The notes: generated by a model not told the origin, from the sequence alone. Positions 48,713-58,169 are shown, numbered from the stretch's first letter. The stretch is 64,000 bases of DNA from Longimicrobiales bacterium (GCA_965211795.1 OZ242973.1:2234088-2298087); one strand, 5' to 3'. Made by a program: numbers and translations.

Positions 48713-51444
48713 TACCCGTCTCCCCCCAACGATGTCAACTTCTCATTCCATTTAGTCAACTGTAGTTGACATGATGCCAGCTTTTCGCGCTCTCGGTCCA
48801 CGACGGCCGCAGGTGCCCGGGTCACGAAGTTGTGGTTGGCCAGCTTGGCTTCCATCCCCTTGAGCAGACCTTCGAGACGACCGATTTCACGCGCCGCCCG
48901 CGCCCGTTCGCGGCCCAGGTCGATGACGCCCTCCAGGGGCAGAAACAGCTCGGTTCCGTCGCGCAGGACGCCGCTGGCACCGGCGGTCCCGGAGGGCGGC
49001 GGCGCGGTCTCCACGGACCCGATGCGCGCGAGGCGCCGGAGCATTTCGCCGCGGCCTTCGAGCCGGCCATCGTGGTCGCTTCCGGCCAGGTGCAGCGAGA
49101 TCTCACGTCCCTCGCCCACGCCATACTCCTTGCGCATGCCGCGCACCCGCACGACCAGCTCGCGCAGCCACTCGAAGGCTTCCTCGCTCCCGGGATCGAT
49201 CAGCTCGGCGTCGGCAGCGGGCCAGCGCGCGACGATCAGCGGACCGCTGCGTTCTCCGGTCGCGGGCAGCAGACCCCACAGCTCCTCGGTGACGAAGGGG
49301 ACCATGGGGTGGAGGAGACGGCAGGCCCGGTCCAGCACATGGGCCAGAACCGAGCGCGCGGCCTCGCGTCCGGGGCCGCCGGGACGCAGCCGGTGCTTGA
49401 CCGACTCGAGGTACCAGTCGGTGAACTCGCCGCGGAAGAAGTCGCGCAGCACCTCGGCGACGCCCTGCATGCGGAAGGCCTCCAACTCCTCGTCGACGCG
49501 CCGTATGGCGTACTGCTGGCGGGACAGGATCCACCTGTCTTCCAGCCTCAGGTCGCCCTTCACCTCGGAGAGCGGCCGAATCGGGTCGTCTCCCAGGCTC
49601 ATGAGCGCGAAGCGGCCCGCGTTCCACAGCTTGTTGACGAAGTTGCGGCCGGGCGCGAAGGCCGATTCCAGATCTTCGTGGTCGAGCCGGATATCGGCGC
49701 CCACGCCCGCGCTCGCCAGCACGGTGAAGCGGAGCGCGTCGGCCCCGTAGAGCTCGACCACCTCGAGCGGGTCGACCCCGTTGCCGAGCGACTTGGACAT
49801 CTTGCGGCCCTGGATGTCGCGCACGGTGCCGTGCAGGTAGACGCGCGTGAAGGGCGTGTCGCCCATGGCCTGGTAGCCGGCCATGATCATGCGCGCCACC
49901 CAGAAGAAGAGGATCTCGGGCGCGGTCGAGAGGGTGTGTCCCGGGTAGAAGGCCCTGAGATCGTCGGTCTCTTCCGGCCAGCCGAAGACCGAGAACGGCC
50001 ACAGCCACGACGAGAACCAGGTGTCGAGCACGTCGGGGTCCTGCTCCAGCGCCGATCCACCGCATTCGGCGCACGCCGACGGATCCTCGCGCGCACAGAT
50101 CTCCGCACCGCAGTCGCCGCAGTACCATACCGGTATGCGGTGGCCCCACCACAGCTGCCGCGAGATGCACCAGTCGCGGATGTTCTCCATCCACTGCTCG
50201 TAGACGCGCGTCCAGCGGCCCGGGGCGAAGGTGACGGTGCCGTCGCGCGAGGCCGCCAGCGCCGGTTCGGCCAGCGGCTTCATGCGCACGAACCACTGTT
50301 CGCTCAGCCTCGGCTCGACCACCGTGTCGCAGCGGTAGCAGCGGGGGATGGCGTGGAGGTGGGCGTCGCGGCCCGCGAGGAGTCCCTCCTCTTCGAGCGC
50401 GGCCACGACCGCGCGGCGCGCGTCGAAGCGGTCCAGGTCGCGGAAGGCCTCGGGCGCGTTCTCGTTCATCACCGCGCGCTCGGTCATGACGTTGAGGACT
50501 TCGAGGCCGGTGCGCGCCGCGATCTCGAAGTCGTTGGGGTCGTGGGCAGGCGTCACCTTGACCATCCCGGTCCCGAACTCGGCGCTCACATGCCGGTCGG
50601 CGACGATGGGGATGGTGCGTCCCGTCAGCGGCAGGTGGACGGTCGCGCCGACAAGGGAGCCGTAACGGGGGTCGCCCGGGTTCACGGCCACCCCGGTGTC
50701 GCCCAGCATGGTCTCGGGCCGGGTGGTGGACACGGTCAGGTGCCAGCGTCCATCGGGAAGACGATCCACCGCGGTGGCGCCCGCTTCCCGGGCCGCCGCG
50801 GCCGCCTCTTCATGCCCGGCCGCCAACGGATAGCGGATGTGCCAGAGCGACCCCTCGGCCTCGGAACCCTCGGCCTCCTCGTTCGAGAGCGCCGTCAGGC
50901 AGCGCGGACACCAGTTGATGATGTACTCGCCGCGATAGATCAGATCCCGTTCATGGAGCCTTACGAAGATCTCACGCACCGCCCGGGACAGGCCCTCGTC
51001 GAGGGTGAACCGGGTGCGCGTCCAGTCACAACTGCAACCGATCGCCTTCAGCTGGTCCAGGATCCGGTCCCCGGTCACCTCCACATGTTCCCACACGCGC
51101 TCCACGAACGCTTCGCGGCCCAGGTCGTGGCGCGTCTTCCCTTCAGCGGCCAGCCGCCGCTCGACGACGTTCTGGGTCGCGATCCCGGCGTGGTCGGTGC
51201 CGGGAACCCAGAGCGCGACGCGCCCCTGCATGCGGCGCCAGCGAATGAGCACGTCCTGAATGGTGTTGTTGAGACCGTGACCCATGTGCAGCACGGAAGT
51301 CACGTTGGGAGGCGGGATTACGATCACGTACGGATGGCCGCCCCCCGTGACGTCGCCCGCGGACGCGCCGAAATGGCCGCCCTCCTCCCACATGCGCAGG
51401 ATGCGCGCTTCGACCGCGGCCGGGTCGAAGGTCTTGGGTAACAC
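48712..51444 (-). CDS. valS: Valine--tRNA ligase
   Basis: ORF 48712..51765 trimmed to the GTG at 51444, giving (M)LPKTFDPAAVEARILRMWEE, the canonical ValRS N-terminus. That start lies 14 nt after the upstream gene stop. HMGH-type motif VLHMGHGLN and KMSKS motif GRKMSKSLGN are present. Confidence 0.92.
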   Translation of the reverse strand: MLPKTFDPAAVEARILRMWEEGGHFGASAGDVTGGGHPYVIVIPPPNVTSVLHMGHGLNNTIQDVLIRWRRMQGRVALWVPGTDHAGIATQNVVERRLAAEGKTRHDLGREAFVERVWEHVEVTGDRILDQLKAIGCSCDWTRTRFTLDEGLSRAVREIFVRLHERDLIYRGEYIINWCPRCLTALSNEEAEGSEAEGSLWHIRYPLAAGHEEAAAAAREAGATAVDRLPDGRWHLTVSTTRPETMLGDTGVAVNPGDPRYGSLVGATVHLPLTGRTIPIVADRHVSAEFGTGMVKVTPAHDPNDFEIAARTGLEVLNVMTERAVMNENAPEAFRDLDRFDARRAVVAALEEEGLLAGRDAHLHAIPRCYRCDTVVEPRLSEQWFVRMKPLAEPALAASRDGTVTFAPGRWTRVYEQWMENIRDWCISRQLWWGHRIPVWYCGDCGAEICAREDPSACAECGGSALEQDPDVLDTWFSSWLWPFSVFGWPEETDDLRAFYPGHTLSTAPEILFFWVARMIMAGYQAMGDTPFTRVYLHGTVRDIQGRKMSKSLGNGVDPLEVVELYGADALRFTVLASAGVGADIRLDHEDLESAFAPGRNFVNKLWNAGRFALMSLGDDPIRPLSEVKGDLRLEDRWILSRQQYAIRRVDEELEAFRMQGVAEVLRDFFRGEFTDWYLESVKHRLRPGGPGREAARSVLAHVLDRACRLLHPMVPFVTEELWGLLPATGERSGPLIVARWPAADAELIDPGSEEAFEWLRELVVRVRGMRKEYGVGEGREISLHLAGSDHDGRLEGRGEMLRRLARIGSVETAPPPSGTAGASGVLRDGTELFLPLEGVIDLGRERARAAREIGRLEGLLKGMEAKLANHNFVTRAPAAVVDREREKLASCQLQLTKWNEKLTSLGGDG
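48732..48772. promoter_or_regulatory. 41-bp quasi-palindromic AT-rich element, copy 6 (inside the valS 3' coding end)
   Basis: ATGTCAACTTCTCATTCCATTTAGTCAACTGTAGTTGACAT. Lies 20 nt upstream of the GTG start at 48712. In valS it encodes SCQLQLTKWNEKLTS. Confidence 0.55.
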
Positions 51445-51458
51445 GGCGGCTTGCAAGC

Positions 51459-52328
51459 CTATCGCCGTCCGGGCCGCCTGGAAGTGGTGTCCGGTTTGAT
51501 CACCGGCGGCTTTGCGGCCTTCTCCCCCGCCTTCTCCTCCCTCTGCTTTCGCAGGGCCCGAAGCTCCTCCCGCCGCTTCTTCATCGCCTCGCGGCGCTCC
51601 TTCCACGACTGGAGCACGGCGCCCCTGCTCGCCGCCCGGTTGATGTCCGCGATGCGGAAGGCCATCTCCGACCGGTCGCCGTTGTAGTCGGGGGGCGGGC
51701 CGAAGCCGAAGGGAAGCGGGAGGGTGAGGCCGCCAAGATGGATCTTGCCGGGAGACACGCCCCACCTCTTTCCCTCGTCATCGGTATAGGTCCAGTCGGT
51801 GGCGGCCATCGCTGCCTCGACCGCGGCGGCCATGGAGTCGTTGGCGGCCCTGATCGCGATCGCCAGCCGTGTTTCCAGAACGTGTTCCATGGTGGGCTCG
51901 GCGAGCGTGGGGTCGGGGGAAACCCACAGACGCGCATCCCCCGGGCCCAGCCGCAACCGCTCAGCCGCACTCATGTACGGCTCGAAACGCACAGGCTGCT
52001 CTTCGTCGAAGTCGGGAGTCTCCACAGCCTCACCGGGGTCGTCGGGGGATTCGATCTCGACCGGGTCGGCGGGGTTTTCCGTCTCCGGCGTGACGACTTC
52101 GACGATCTGGACGACCTGGATCCCGCCCGGCTCGGGGGCCGGCGGCGGCGGCGCACCGATGGGCGCTCCCCGCGGGAAGGGCACCGTGAAGAAGGGATAG
52201 AGAACGATCAGCAGGAGGTGGGCGACCCCGGAGACGACCAGACCCGTGACGACGCCGCGACGCTCCCCGCGGCGACGCGCACGTCCCCGGCGCGGTTCGC
52301 TCCGCCGGTCTTCGGCCCGGTTCGTCAT
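51459..52328 (-). CDS. Hypothetical membrane-anchored protein with Pro-rich linker and basic coiled C-terminus
   Basis: ORF 51459..52364, possibly starting at M13. TM segment VVTGLVVSGVAHLLLIVLYPFF, then PPPPAPEPGG. No family recognised. Confidence 0.45.
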   Translation of the reverse strand: MTNRAEDRRSEPRRGRARRRGERRGVVTGLVVSGVAHLLLIVLYPFFTVPFPRGAPIGAPPPPAPEPGGIQVVQIVEVVTPETENPADPVEIESPDDPGEAVETPDFDEEQPVRFEPYMSAAERLRLGPGDARLWVSPDPTLAEPTMEHVLETRLAIAIRAANDSMAAAVEAAMAATDWTYTDDEGKRWGVSPGKIHLGGLTLPLPFGFGPPPDYNGDRSEMAFRIADINRAASRGAVLQSWKERREAMKKRREELRALRKQREEKAGEKAAKPPVIKPDTTSRRPGRR

Positions 52329-52335
52329 TTGGCTC

Positions 52336-52989
52336 CTATCCCGTTCGTGTAGATGTGGATACACCGATCGCCCCGCCCCGTTCGACGGGACTCAGCACCG
52401 AAGAGCCACACGAGAGCGACACCTCGACCGTTTCACCCGGCGAAACGGGCCCGACACCGTCCGGCGTGCCGGTCGCGATCAGGTCCCCCTCCTCGAGGGT
52501 CATCACGTGCGAGATGAAGCTCACAAGCCTTGGGATCGAAAACACCATCTCCGCGGTTGTCCCGTGCTGGCGGACCTGGCCGTTCACGCGGGTGGTCACG
52601 GAGAGGTCGGACGGGTCGACCGACGCGGCCTCGACCACATTGCCCACGGGGCAGAATGTATCCAGCCCCTTGGCGCGCGTCCATTGGCTGTCGCGGCGCT
52701 GCAAGTCACGCGCGGTCACGTCGTTGACGGCCACGACCCCGCTCAGGTGGTCCCAGGCGTCTTCCTCGGAAACGCGGCGGCAGCGCCGCCCCACCACGAC
52801 GCCGATCTCGCCCTCGTAGTCGACCCGCCCCACGTCCGCGGGCATGCAAACGGACTGTCCGGCCGCGATGACCGCGGAGGGCGGTTTCAGGAATATCAGG
52901 GGTTCGTTGGGGACATCGTGTCCCAGCTCGGCCGCGTGGCGGGCGTAGTTGCGCCCCACGCACACGATCTTGCCGGGGCGGAGCGTCAT
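52336..52989 (-). CDS. Fumarylacetoacetate hydrolase (FAH) family protein
   Basis: ORF 52336..53292 trimmed to M102. MTLRPGKIVCVGRNYARHAAELG, DYEGEIGVVVG, GDLIATGTPDGVG. Confidence 0.82.
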   Translation of the reverse strand: MTLRPGKIVCVGRNYARHAAELGHDVPNEPLIFLKPPSAVIAAGQSVCMPADVGRVDYEGEIGVVVGRRCRRVSEEDAWDHLSGVVAVNDVTARDLQRRDSQWTRAKGLDTFCPVGNVVEAASVDPSDLSVTTRVNGQVRQHGTTAEMVFSIPRLVSFISHVMTLEEGDLIATGTPDGVGPVSPGETVEVSLSCGSSVLSPVERGGAIGVSTSTRTG

Positions 52990-52994
52990 AACGC

Positions 52995-53192
52995 CTACCC
53001 TGTCCTGCGGGTGTGGATGAATGTCCCGACAAGCGCGCCCATCCCCGCGATCGTGAGGAAGCCGGCGATGACCGTCCACCAGAAGCCGACATCGGTGTGG
53101 CCGCCTCCCCAGCCCAGCGAAGCGTTGCGGGCCGCTCCTGCGGCCAGTGACAGGAGGACGAGTCCGGCGAAGAAACCGAGGGCCTTTTTCAT
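52995..53192 (-). CDS. Small two-TM hypothetical membrane protein (65 aa)
   Basis: MKKALGFFAGLVLLSLAAGAA...FWWTVIAGFLTIAGMGALVGTFI. ORF-level support only. Confidence 0.4.
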   Translation of the reverse strand: MKKALGFFAGLVLLSLAAGAARNASLGWGGGHTDVGFWWTVIAGFLTIAGMGALVGTFIHTRRTG

Positions 53193-53292
53193 TGCGTGGA
53201 ATCGGCGTGGGGTGAGGGGTTGGGGTGACCCGTGCATTGCTGGCGACAGACGCGCCCGTTTTCAAGTTAGCGCGGATGCGGCGCGGGACCAA

Positions 53293-54291
53293 TCAGCGGA
53301 TGATCCGGATCACGCGGAAGCCGAGGCCGTTGTCGCGGTGGCCGAGTTCGAATTGGAAGCGGTGGGCCGAACGGAGGAACTCCGAAGGGTATCCCCACGT
53401 GCCTCCGCGCAGCATGCGCTGGGAGCAATCCCCGGAGAACCGGATACCGGCGTGCTCCGGCCTTCCCGAATGGTCCGGGTTCCAGCAATCGTCCGTCCAC
53501 TCCGTCAGGTTGCCGATCATGTCGTACAGCCCGAAGGCGTTCGGCTCGTACGATCCCACCGGCGCCGTTCCCTCCCCCTGGCCGTCGGAGCAGGACGGGA
53601 AAGTCAGGCCGTACTCTTCGAACCTCGCCACACCGCTGGCGTTCGTCTCGGCGAGGTCCTGGTCGGCCCCGTTTGCGTACCGGCACTGCTCCGTGGCGCT
53701 CTCTCCCCAGTAGCGGGCGGTCCGCGTTCCCGCCCTGGCCGCGTACTCCCAGCGGGCTTCGCTCGGCAGGCCGTAGGCGTGCCCGGTTTCTTCGATCAGC
53801 CACTCCACGTACGCCCGCGCGTTCTGCCAGCTCACATCCGTCACGGGACGACGCCCACGCCCCCACCCGTGGTCCTCGGGACGGTAGCCGTCGCAGCCCC
53901 CGTCGTCCACGCATGCATCCCATTCCTCGAAGGTGACCTCGTAGACGCCCATGGCGAAGGAATCCGCGACGGTGACTTCGTGCTGCCCCTCATCCGCGCC
54001 CCGTCCCTCTTCGGAGTCCGGCGATCCAATCAGGAAGCTCCCGGCGGGGATCATCACCATCTCGGGACAGTGGGGGCAGTCGCGGAAGGTGGATCCGGAG
54101 GGTTCGGGGTCGCCGACGAGTGGAGCGGGCGGATTCTGATCTGTGGGATCCCCAGGGAGGGGAGCAGCCCGACCCTGGCTTGCGGGGCCGCCGGCGCATC
54201 CGTAGACGGAGGAGACCGCGACCAGGGCGAGCAAGAGGCGTCCCCACCCGCGGCCAACAGTGGACGAAACGCCCGCGACGATGACCTTCAT
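53293..54291 (-). CDS. Formylglycine-generating-enzyme (FGE/SUMF1) domain lipoprotein
   Basis: Only the last 332 aa of track ORF 53293..56193 are real. MKVIVAGV...SSVYGC lipobox. MVMIPAGSFLIGS, YEVTFEEW, VSWQNARAYVEWL, YGLPSEARWEYAARAG, GLYDMIGNLTEWT, RGGTWG. Confidence 0.85.
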   Translation of the reverse strand: MKVIVAGVSSTVGRGWGRLLLALVAVSSVYGCAGGPASQGRAAPLPGDPTDQNPPAPLVGDPEPSGSTFRDCPHCPEMVMIPAGSFLIGSPDSEEGRGADEGQHEVTVADSFAMGVYEVTFEEWDACVDDGGCDGYRPEDHGWGRGRRPVTDVSWQNARAYVEWLIEETGHAYGLPSEARWEYAARAGTRTARYWGESATEQCRYANGADQDLAETNASGVARFEEYGLTFPSCSDGQGEGTAPVGSYEPNAFGLYDMIGNLTEWTDDCWNPDHSGRPEHAGIRFSGDCSQRMLRGGTWGYPSEFLRSAHRFQFELGHRDNGLGFRVIRIIR

Positions 54292-54296
54292 CGGTT

Positions 54297-56897
54297 CTAC
54301 TCCTGCCTGTAGAAGTCCTCCACCCGACCCTTCAGCTCCCCCCAGCGCCCCTTCACCAGCGGCATCGGCGGCAGCGCATCGAGAAGGTCGCGCCCGTACC
54401 GCTTCCTGAGCAAGCGGTCGTCGAGGATCAGGACGGCGCCGCGGTCGGTGCGGGTACGGATCAGCCGCCCGACCCCCTGCTTGAGGCGCATCGCCGCATC
54501 CGGGACCATGTAGCCCCAGAAGGAGTTCTCGCCGCGTTCCTCCATGGCCTCGATGCGGGCCTCGGTCATCGGTTCGTTGGGGACCCGGAAGGGCAGCTTC
54601 TGGATGACGAGGGCGCGCAGTGGGCGGCCGGGCACGTCGACGCCCTCCCAGAACGAGGCGGTTCCGAGCAGGACGGCTTCGCCCGAGCGGGTGAAGTCGC
54701 GCAGCAGCGAGGAGCGGTCCCCCTCGCCCTGGACGAAGAGGGGCCAACGACCTTCGGCGCCGCGATCGCGCAGCCCGGCGGCCACGGCACGGAGCGCGGC
54801 GTGGGAGGTGAACAGCGCGAACACGCCTCCACCGGTGATTTCCGCGACGTCGTGAATGATCTGCGCGGTGGCCTGGTGGTGGGCGTCGGCGGTGTCGCGG
54901 GCGCGGGCGCTCGGGAGGTCGGTGGGGATCGCCAAAAGGCTCTGGGTAGCGTGGTCGAAGGGGGAATCGACGACGGCTTCGGCGACGCGGAGGTCGGTGG
55001 GGTGGTGATCGGCGAGGGATTCGGCGGACGTCCCGCCGCCGTCCAGGCCCAATCGCCCCCGCAGGTATGCGAAGTCGTTGTTGGCGGCGAGGGTGGCCGA
55101 GGTGAGGACGGCGGTACCGGTGTTTCCGAAGAGGTAGGTGGCGAGAGTCGGGCCGAGTTCGACGGGGGCGGCCGCGAAGACCAGGTTGGTGAAGCGCCGG
55201 ACCCCGGAGCGGCGCACCTCGAGCCAGCGCACCAGCGGGGGGCCGTCGGGGGCACCGGGGAGGAGGCAGAACCGGAGCGCGCGATCGATGTTCTCCAGCC
55301 GGTTCCGGGATCCGCGCAGGTCGAGAAGACGGCCTTCGACGGCATCCAGTACGTCTTCCTGTTCCTCCAGCTGCCCGGCGAGGGCGTCCAGTTCGCGCGC
55401 CAGGTCGCCCAGGGTGATGAGGACCCGCTCCAGCGACTCGGCGATGGCGGGATCTTCGGTGGGTTCGGGTCCCCCGGGGTCTCCGGACCGGGCCGGTCGT
55501 CCCAGCCGCAGGGCACCCCTCCCCGCCCTCCCCTCCACCCACGGCTCGATCACGTCGAAGAACGCGGTGAGCGCGTCCCTCGCCTCGCCCACCAGTTGGC
55601 GTGCCCGGCTGCCGACCCGTTTCCGCAGCTGCCGGGCCGTGATCGACGCCGGCATCCCCGCCAACTGCGCGTCGATCGACGCCAGGATCCCCTTCCCTCC
55701 CCGGTCGATGCGGCTGAGCGTGCGGAAAATCCCCGCCCTGGTGGTCTCGGCGCCCAGGCGCGCGGTCGCCGCGTCCTCGACGTGATGGGCCTCGTCGAAA
55801 ATCACCCGTTTGTAGGACGGCAGCACCGCCGAGTCGCTGAAGTTCCCGGTGGCGATCCGAACGGCCAGGTCCGAGAAGAAGAGCGCGTGGTTGACGATGA
55901 TCAGGTCGGCGGCGGCGGTGGCCCGGCGCGCACGCTGGTAGTGGCACTGCTGGAAGTGCGGGCACTTGGCGCGCAGGCACGCGTCCGTATCGCTCCTGAC
56001 CTCCTCCCACACTTCGTGGCCGGGGACGAAGGGCAGGTCGCTGCGCGAACCGTCCTCGGTCCGATCGATCCAGTCGAGGAGCGCCTTGATCTCCGAGGAG
56101 CGGTCGTCGGGGAAGAGGTTCGGCGCCGAATCGGCCGCCAGGTGCGCGCGGCGGATCGAAATGTAGTTCGCCCGGCCCTTCATGAGCGCCCACTTGAAGT
56201 CCTCGCCGATCACCTCGCGCACGATGTCGAGATCCTTCCCCACCAGCTGCTCCTGCAGGTTGATGGTGTTGGTGGACACCACCGCGCGCTCACCGTTGCG
56301 GACCGCCCAGCGAGCCGCCGGCACGAGGTACGCGAGCGACTTGCCCGTCCCCGTGCCCGCCTCCACCAGCCCCACCCCGCCCTCGTTGAAGCGCGACGCC
56401 ACGAAGCGCAGCATGTCCCGCTGTCCCGCGCGGTCCTCGTAGCCGGGCAGCGAAGCCAGCGGCCCCGCCGGCGCCAGCAGCCCGGACAGCTCGCCGACCG
56501 GCAGCGGATCGACCCTGCGCGGCGCGGGCGGCTCGACGACCACGTAAATCCGGGTCGCGTCGTTGTTGACGATCGCCGTCCCCAGTCCCCGTTCATGGAT
56601 GCGGGCGGCCACGGACAGGTCGGCGTCCGAGGGGTCCAGTTCTCCGCTCGGGTGGTTGTGGATCATGACCCCGCCGTCGGGGGCGTCGCGGGCCACCGCC
56701 AGGACGGCGGAACGGTTGCCGCGGGCGACGGCGCGCGGGTTCGCGATCACCCGTTCACGCGTCACCTCCGCGAGGAAGGAGACCTCGCGGCCCCCGGCGC
56801 GGGCCACCTCGTCGCGGATGGCCCGGGCGGCCTCCGGAGCGAGCCGGAGGGGGAGGTCCATCAGGTCCGCGTCAGCGGACGACACAGCCGGCACCAA
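54297..56897 (-). CDS. JAB/MPN (JAMM) domain fused to a DinG/Rad3-family ATP-dependent DNA helicase
   Basis: 866 aa. N-terminal ~125 aa carry HNHPSGELDPSDAD (HxH-x7-S-xx-D). Then Walker A GTGTGKSLAYLVPA, a Cys cluster CLRAKCPHFQQC, DEAHH, and C-terminal helicase motifs. Confidence 0.8.
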   Translation of the reverse strand: MVPAVSSADADLMDLPLRLAPEAARAIRDEVARAGGREVSFLAEVTRERVIANPRAVARGNRSAVLAVARDAPDGGVMIHNHPSGELDPSDADLSVAARIHERGLGTAIVNNDATRIYVVVEPPAPRRVDPLPVGELSGLLAPAGPLASLPGYEDRAGQRDMLRFVASRFNEGGVGLVEAGTGTGKSLAYLVPAARWAVRNGERAVVSTNTINLQEQLVGKDLDIVREVIGEDFKWALMKGRANYISIRRAHLAADSAPNLFPDDRSSEIKALLDWIDRTEDGSRSDLPFVPGHEVWEEVRSDTDACLRAKCPHFQQCHYQRARRATAAADLIIVNHALFFSDLAVRIATGNFSDSAVLPSYKRVIFDEAHHVEDAATARLGAETTRAGIFRTLSRIDRGGKGILASIDAQLAGMPASITARQLRKRVGSRARQLVGEARDALTAFFDVIEPWVEGRAGRGALRLGRPARSGDPGGPEPTEDPAIAESLERVLITLGDLARELDALAGQLEEQEDVLDAVEGRLLDLRGSRNRLENIDRALRFCLLPGAPDGPPLVRWLEVRRSGVRRFTNLVFAAAPVELGPTLATYLFGNTGTAVLTSATLAANNDFAYLRGRLGLDGGGTSAESLADHHPTDLRVAEAVVDSPFDHATQSLLAIPTDLPSARARDTADAHHQATAQIIHDVAEITGGGVFALFTSHAALRAVAAGLRDRGAEGRWPLFVQGEGDRSSLLRDFTRSGEAVLLGTASFWEGVDVPGRPLRALVIQKLPFRVPNEPMTEARIEAMEERGENSFWGYMVPDAAMRLKQGVGRLIRTRTDRGAVLILDDRLLRKRYGRDLLDALPPMPLVKGRWGELKGRVEDFYRQE

Positions 56898-56900
56898 CCA

Positions 56901-58169
56901 TCACGTCTTCAGCTTCTTCTTCTTCGCGGCCGGGAAGAGCACATTGTTGAGGATGAGGCGGTAGCCGGGCGAGTTGGGGTGAAGCGCCAGGTCCGTGGGC
57001 GGGTCGCCGATCTGGTGCTCGGGGTCCTCCGGGTCGTGGCCTCCGTAGTAGGTCCACGTGCCCTCGCCCAGGCTGCCGTGGATGTACTTGGCCCACGCCC
57101 CCTCGACGCCGAGCTTCACCACCCCGGGCTTGAGGCGGTCGACGGCGAACGAGGTGGTCAGTCCGTAGAAGTCCGGCAGCACCGACTCGTGGCTCTGCGT
57201 GAGCATGGCGGGGACGGGGTCGAACTTGGCCGAGAAGTCGAAGAGGGTGAAGGCGCCCAGCTGCTTCTTCCACGGCGTGTTGACCTGGTGGCCGTCGATG
57301 TCCGAGAAGGAGTTGACGGAGGGCGCGAGCTGGATCTCGGCGTCGTGGAAGGCCATCGCCAGCTCCCAGTCGACCTTGGCCGCCGCGTCGGCGTCGGGTG
57401 GCGTGCCGTCCGAGTAGGCTGCCGCGATGTCGACGGTGGCGGCCGCGAGCGCCAGCTCGAGGGTCTCGGGCGCGGAGCACATGGCGAAGAGGAAGCCCCC
57501 CTGCTCCACGTATTCCCGGATCGCGCGGCTGACCGCCTTCTTGAGCGCGGGCACGTCGGAGTAGCCCAGTTCGCGCGCGGCCTCCTCGTTGCGCGCCACC
57601 TCCTCCTCCAGCCACGGGGCGCCGGCGTATGTGATGTAGAACTTGGAGTACTGTCCCGTGAAGTCCTCGTGGTGCAGGTGCAGCCACTCGAAGTCCTCGA
57701 GGCCGTCGCGCAGGACGTCGATGTCCCAGATCTTCTCGTAGGGGATCTCGGCGTAGTCGAGCGCCATGGTGACGGCGTCGTCCCAGGGGGCGCTGTTTGG
57801 CGGGGTGTAGATCGCGATCCGGGTGGCCTTCTCGAGCACCACCGACTCCATGTTCGACTGGGCGATGATCCCCCGGATGCGCGCCTCGTCGGCCACCCCG
57901 ACAGGCTGGATGGTGACGCCCATGAGCGCCGCCCGCCGCCGCGCCCCCTCCGTGTCGGGGAGGAAGAACGCGCCGCCCTGGAAGTTGAGCAGCCACTCGG
58001 CGCGACCGTCCTGCTCCAGTACCCAATAGGCGAGCCCGTAGGCCTTGAGATGGTCGGCCTGGCCGCGGTCCATGGGGACGAGAAGGAGTTGCGCGGCGGC
58101 GCTGTCCGCGCTTGCGGCCGCCGCGATCAGCACCATGAGGGCCGCTGCCGCCCTCGTGCGGATCGTCAC
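56901..58169 (-). CDS. Secreted hypothetical protein (function not recognised)
   Basis: 422 aa. Signal peptide MTIRTRAAAALMVLIAAAASADSAAA. Well-behaved composition. 4-nt overlap with the upstream TPR gene. Confidence 0.55.
   Translation of the reverse strand: MTIRTRAAAALMVLIAAAASADSAAAQLLLVPMDRGQADHLKAYGLAYWVLEQDGRAEWLLNFQGGAFFLPDTEGARRRAALMGVTIQPVGVADEARIRGIIAQSNMESVVLEKATRIAIYTPPNSAPWDDAVTMALDYAEIPYEKIWDIDVLRDGLEDFEWLHLHHEDFTGQYSKFYITYAGAPWLEEEVARNEEAARELGYSDVPALKKAVSRAIREYVEQGGFLFAMCSAPETLELALAAATVDIAAAYSDGTPPDADAAAKVDWELAMAFHDAEIQLAPSVNSFSDIDGHQVNTPWKKQLGAFTLFDFSAKFDPVPAMLTQSHESVLPDFYGLTTSFAVDRLKPGVVKLGVEGAWAKYIHGSLGEGTWTYYGGHDPEDPEHQIGDPPTDLALHPNSPGYRLILNNVLFPAAKKKKLKT

Noticed and set aside
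51445-51765. 107-aa N-terminal extension of the valS ORF (MGRVSRQDPS...).
   Set aside because: It overlaps the upstream gene end, is low-complexity, and precedes the canonical ValRS N-terminus (LPKTFDP), which is reachable from the GTG at 51444.
54292-56193. The upstream 634 aa of track ORF 53293..56193 (966 aa).
   Set aside because: Only the last 332 aa (from MKVIVAGV, ATG at 54291) form the FGE-like lipoprotein. The rest is an out-of-frame overlap with the well-supported JAB-DinG gene.
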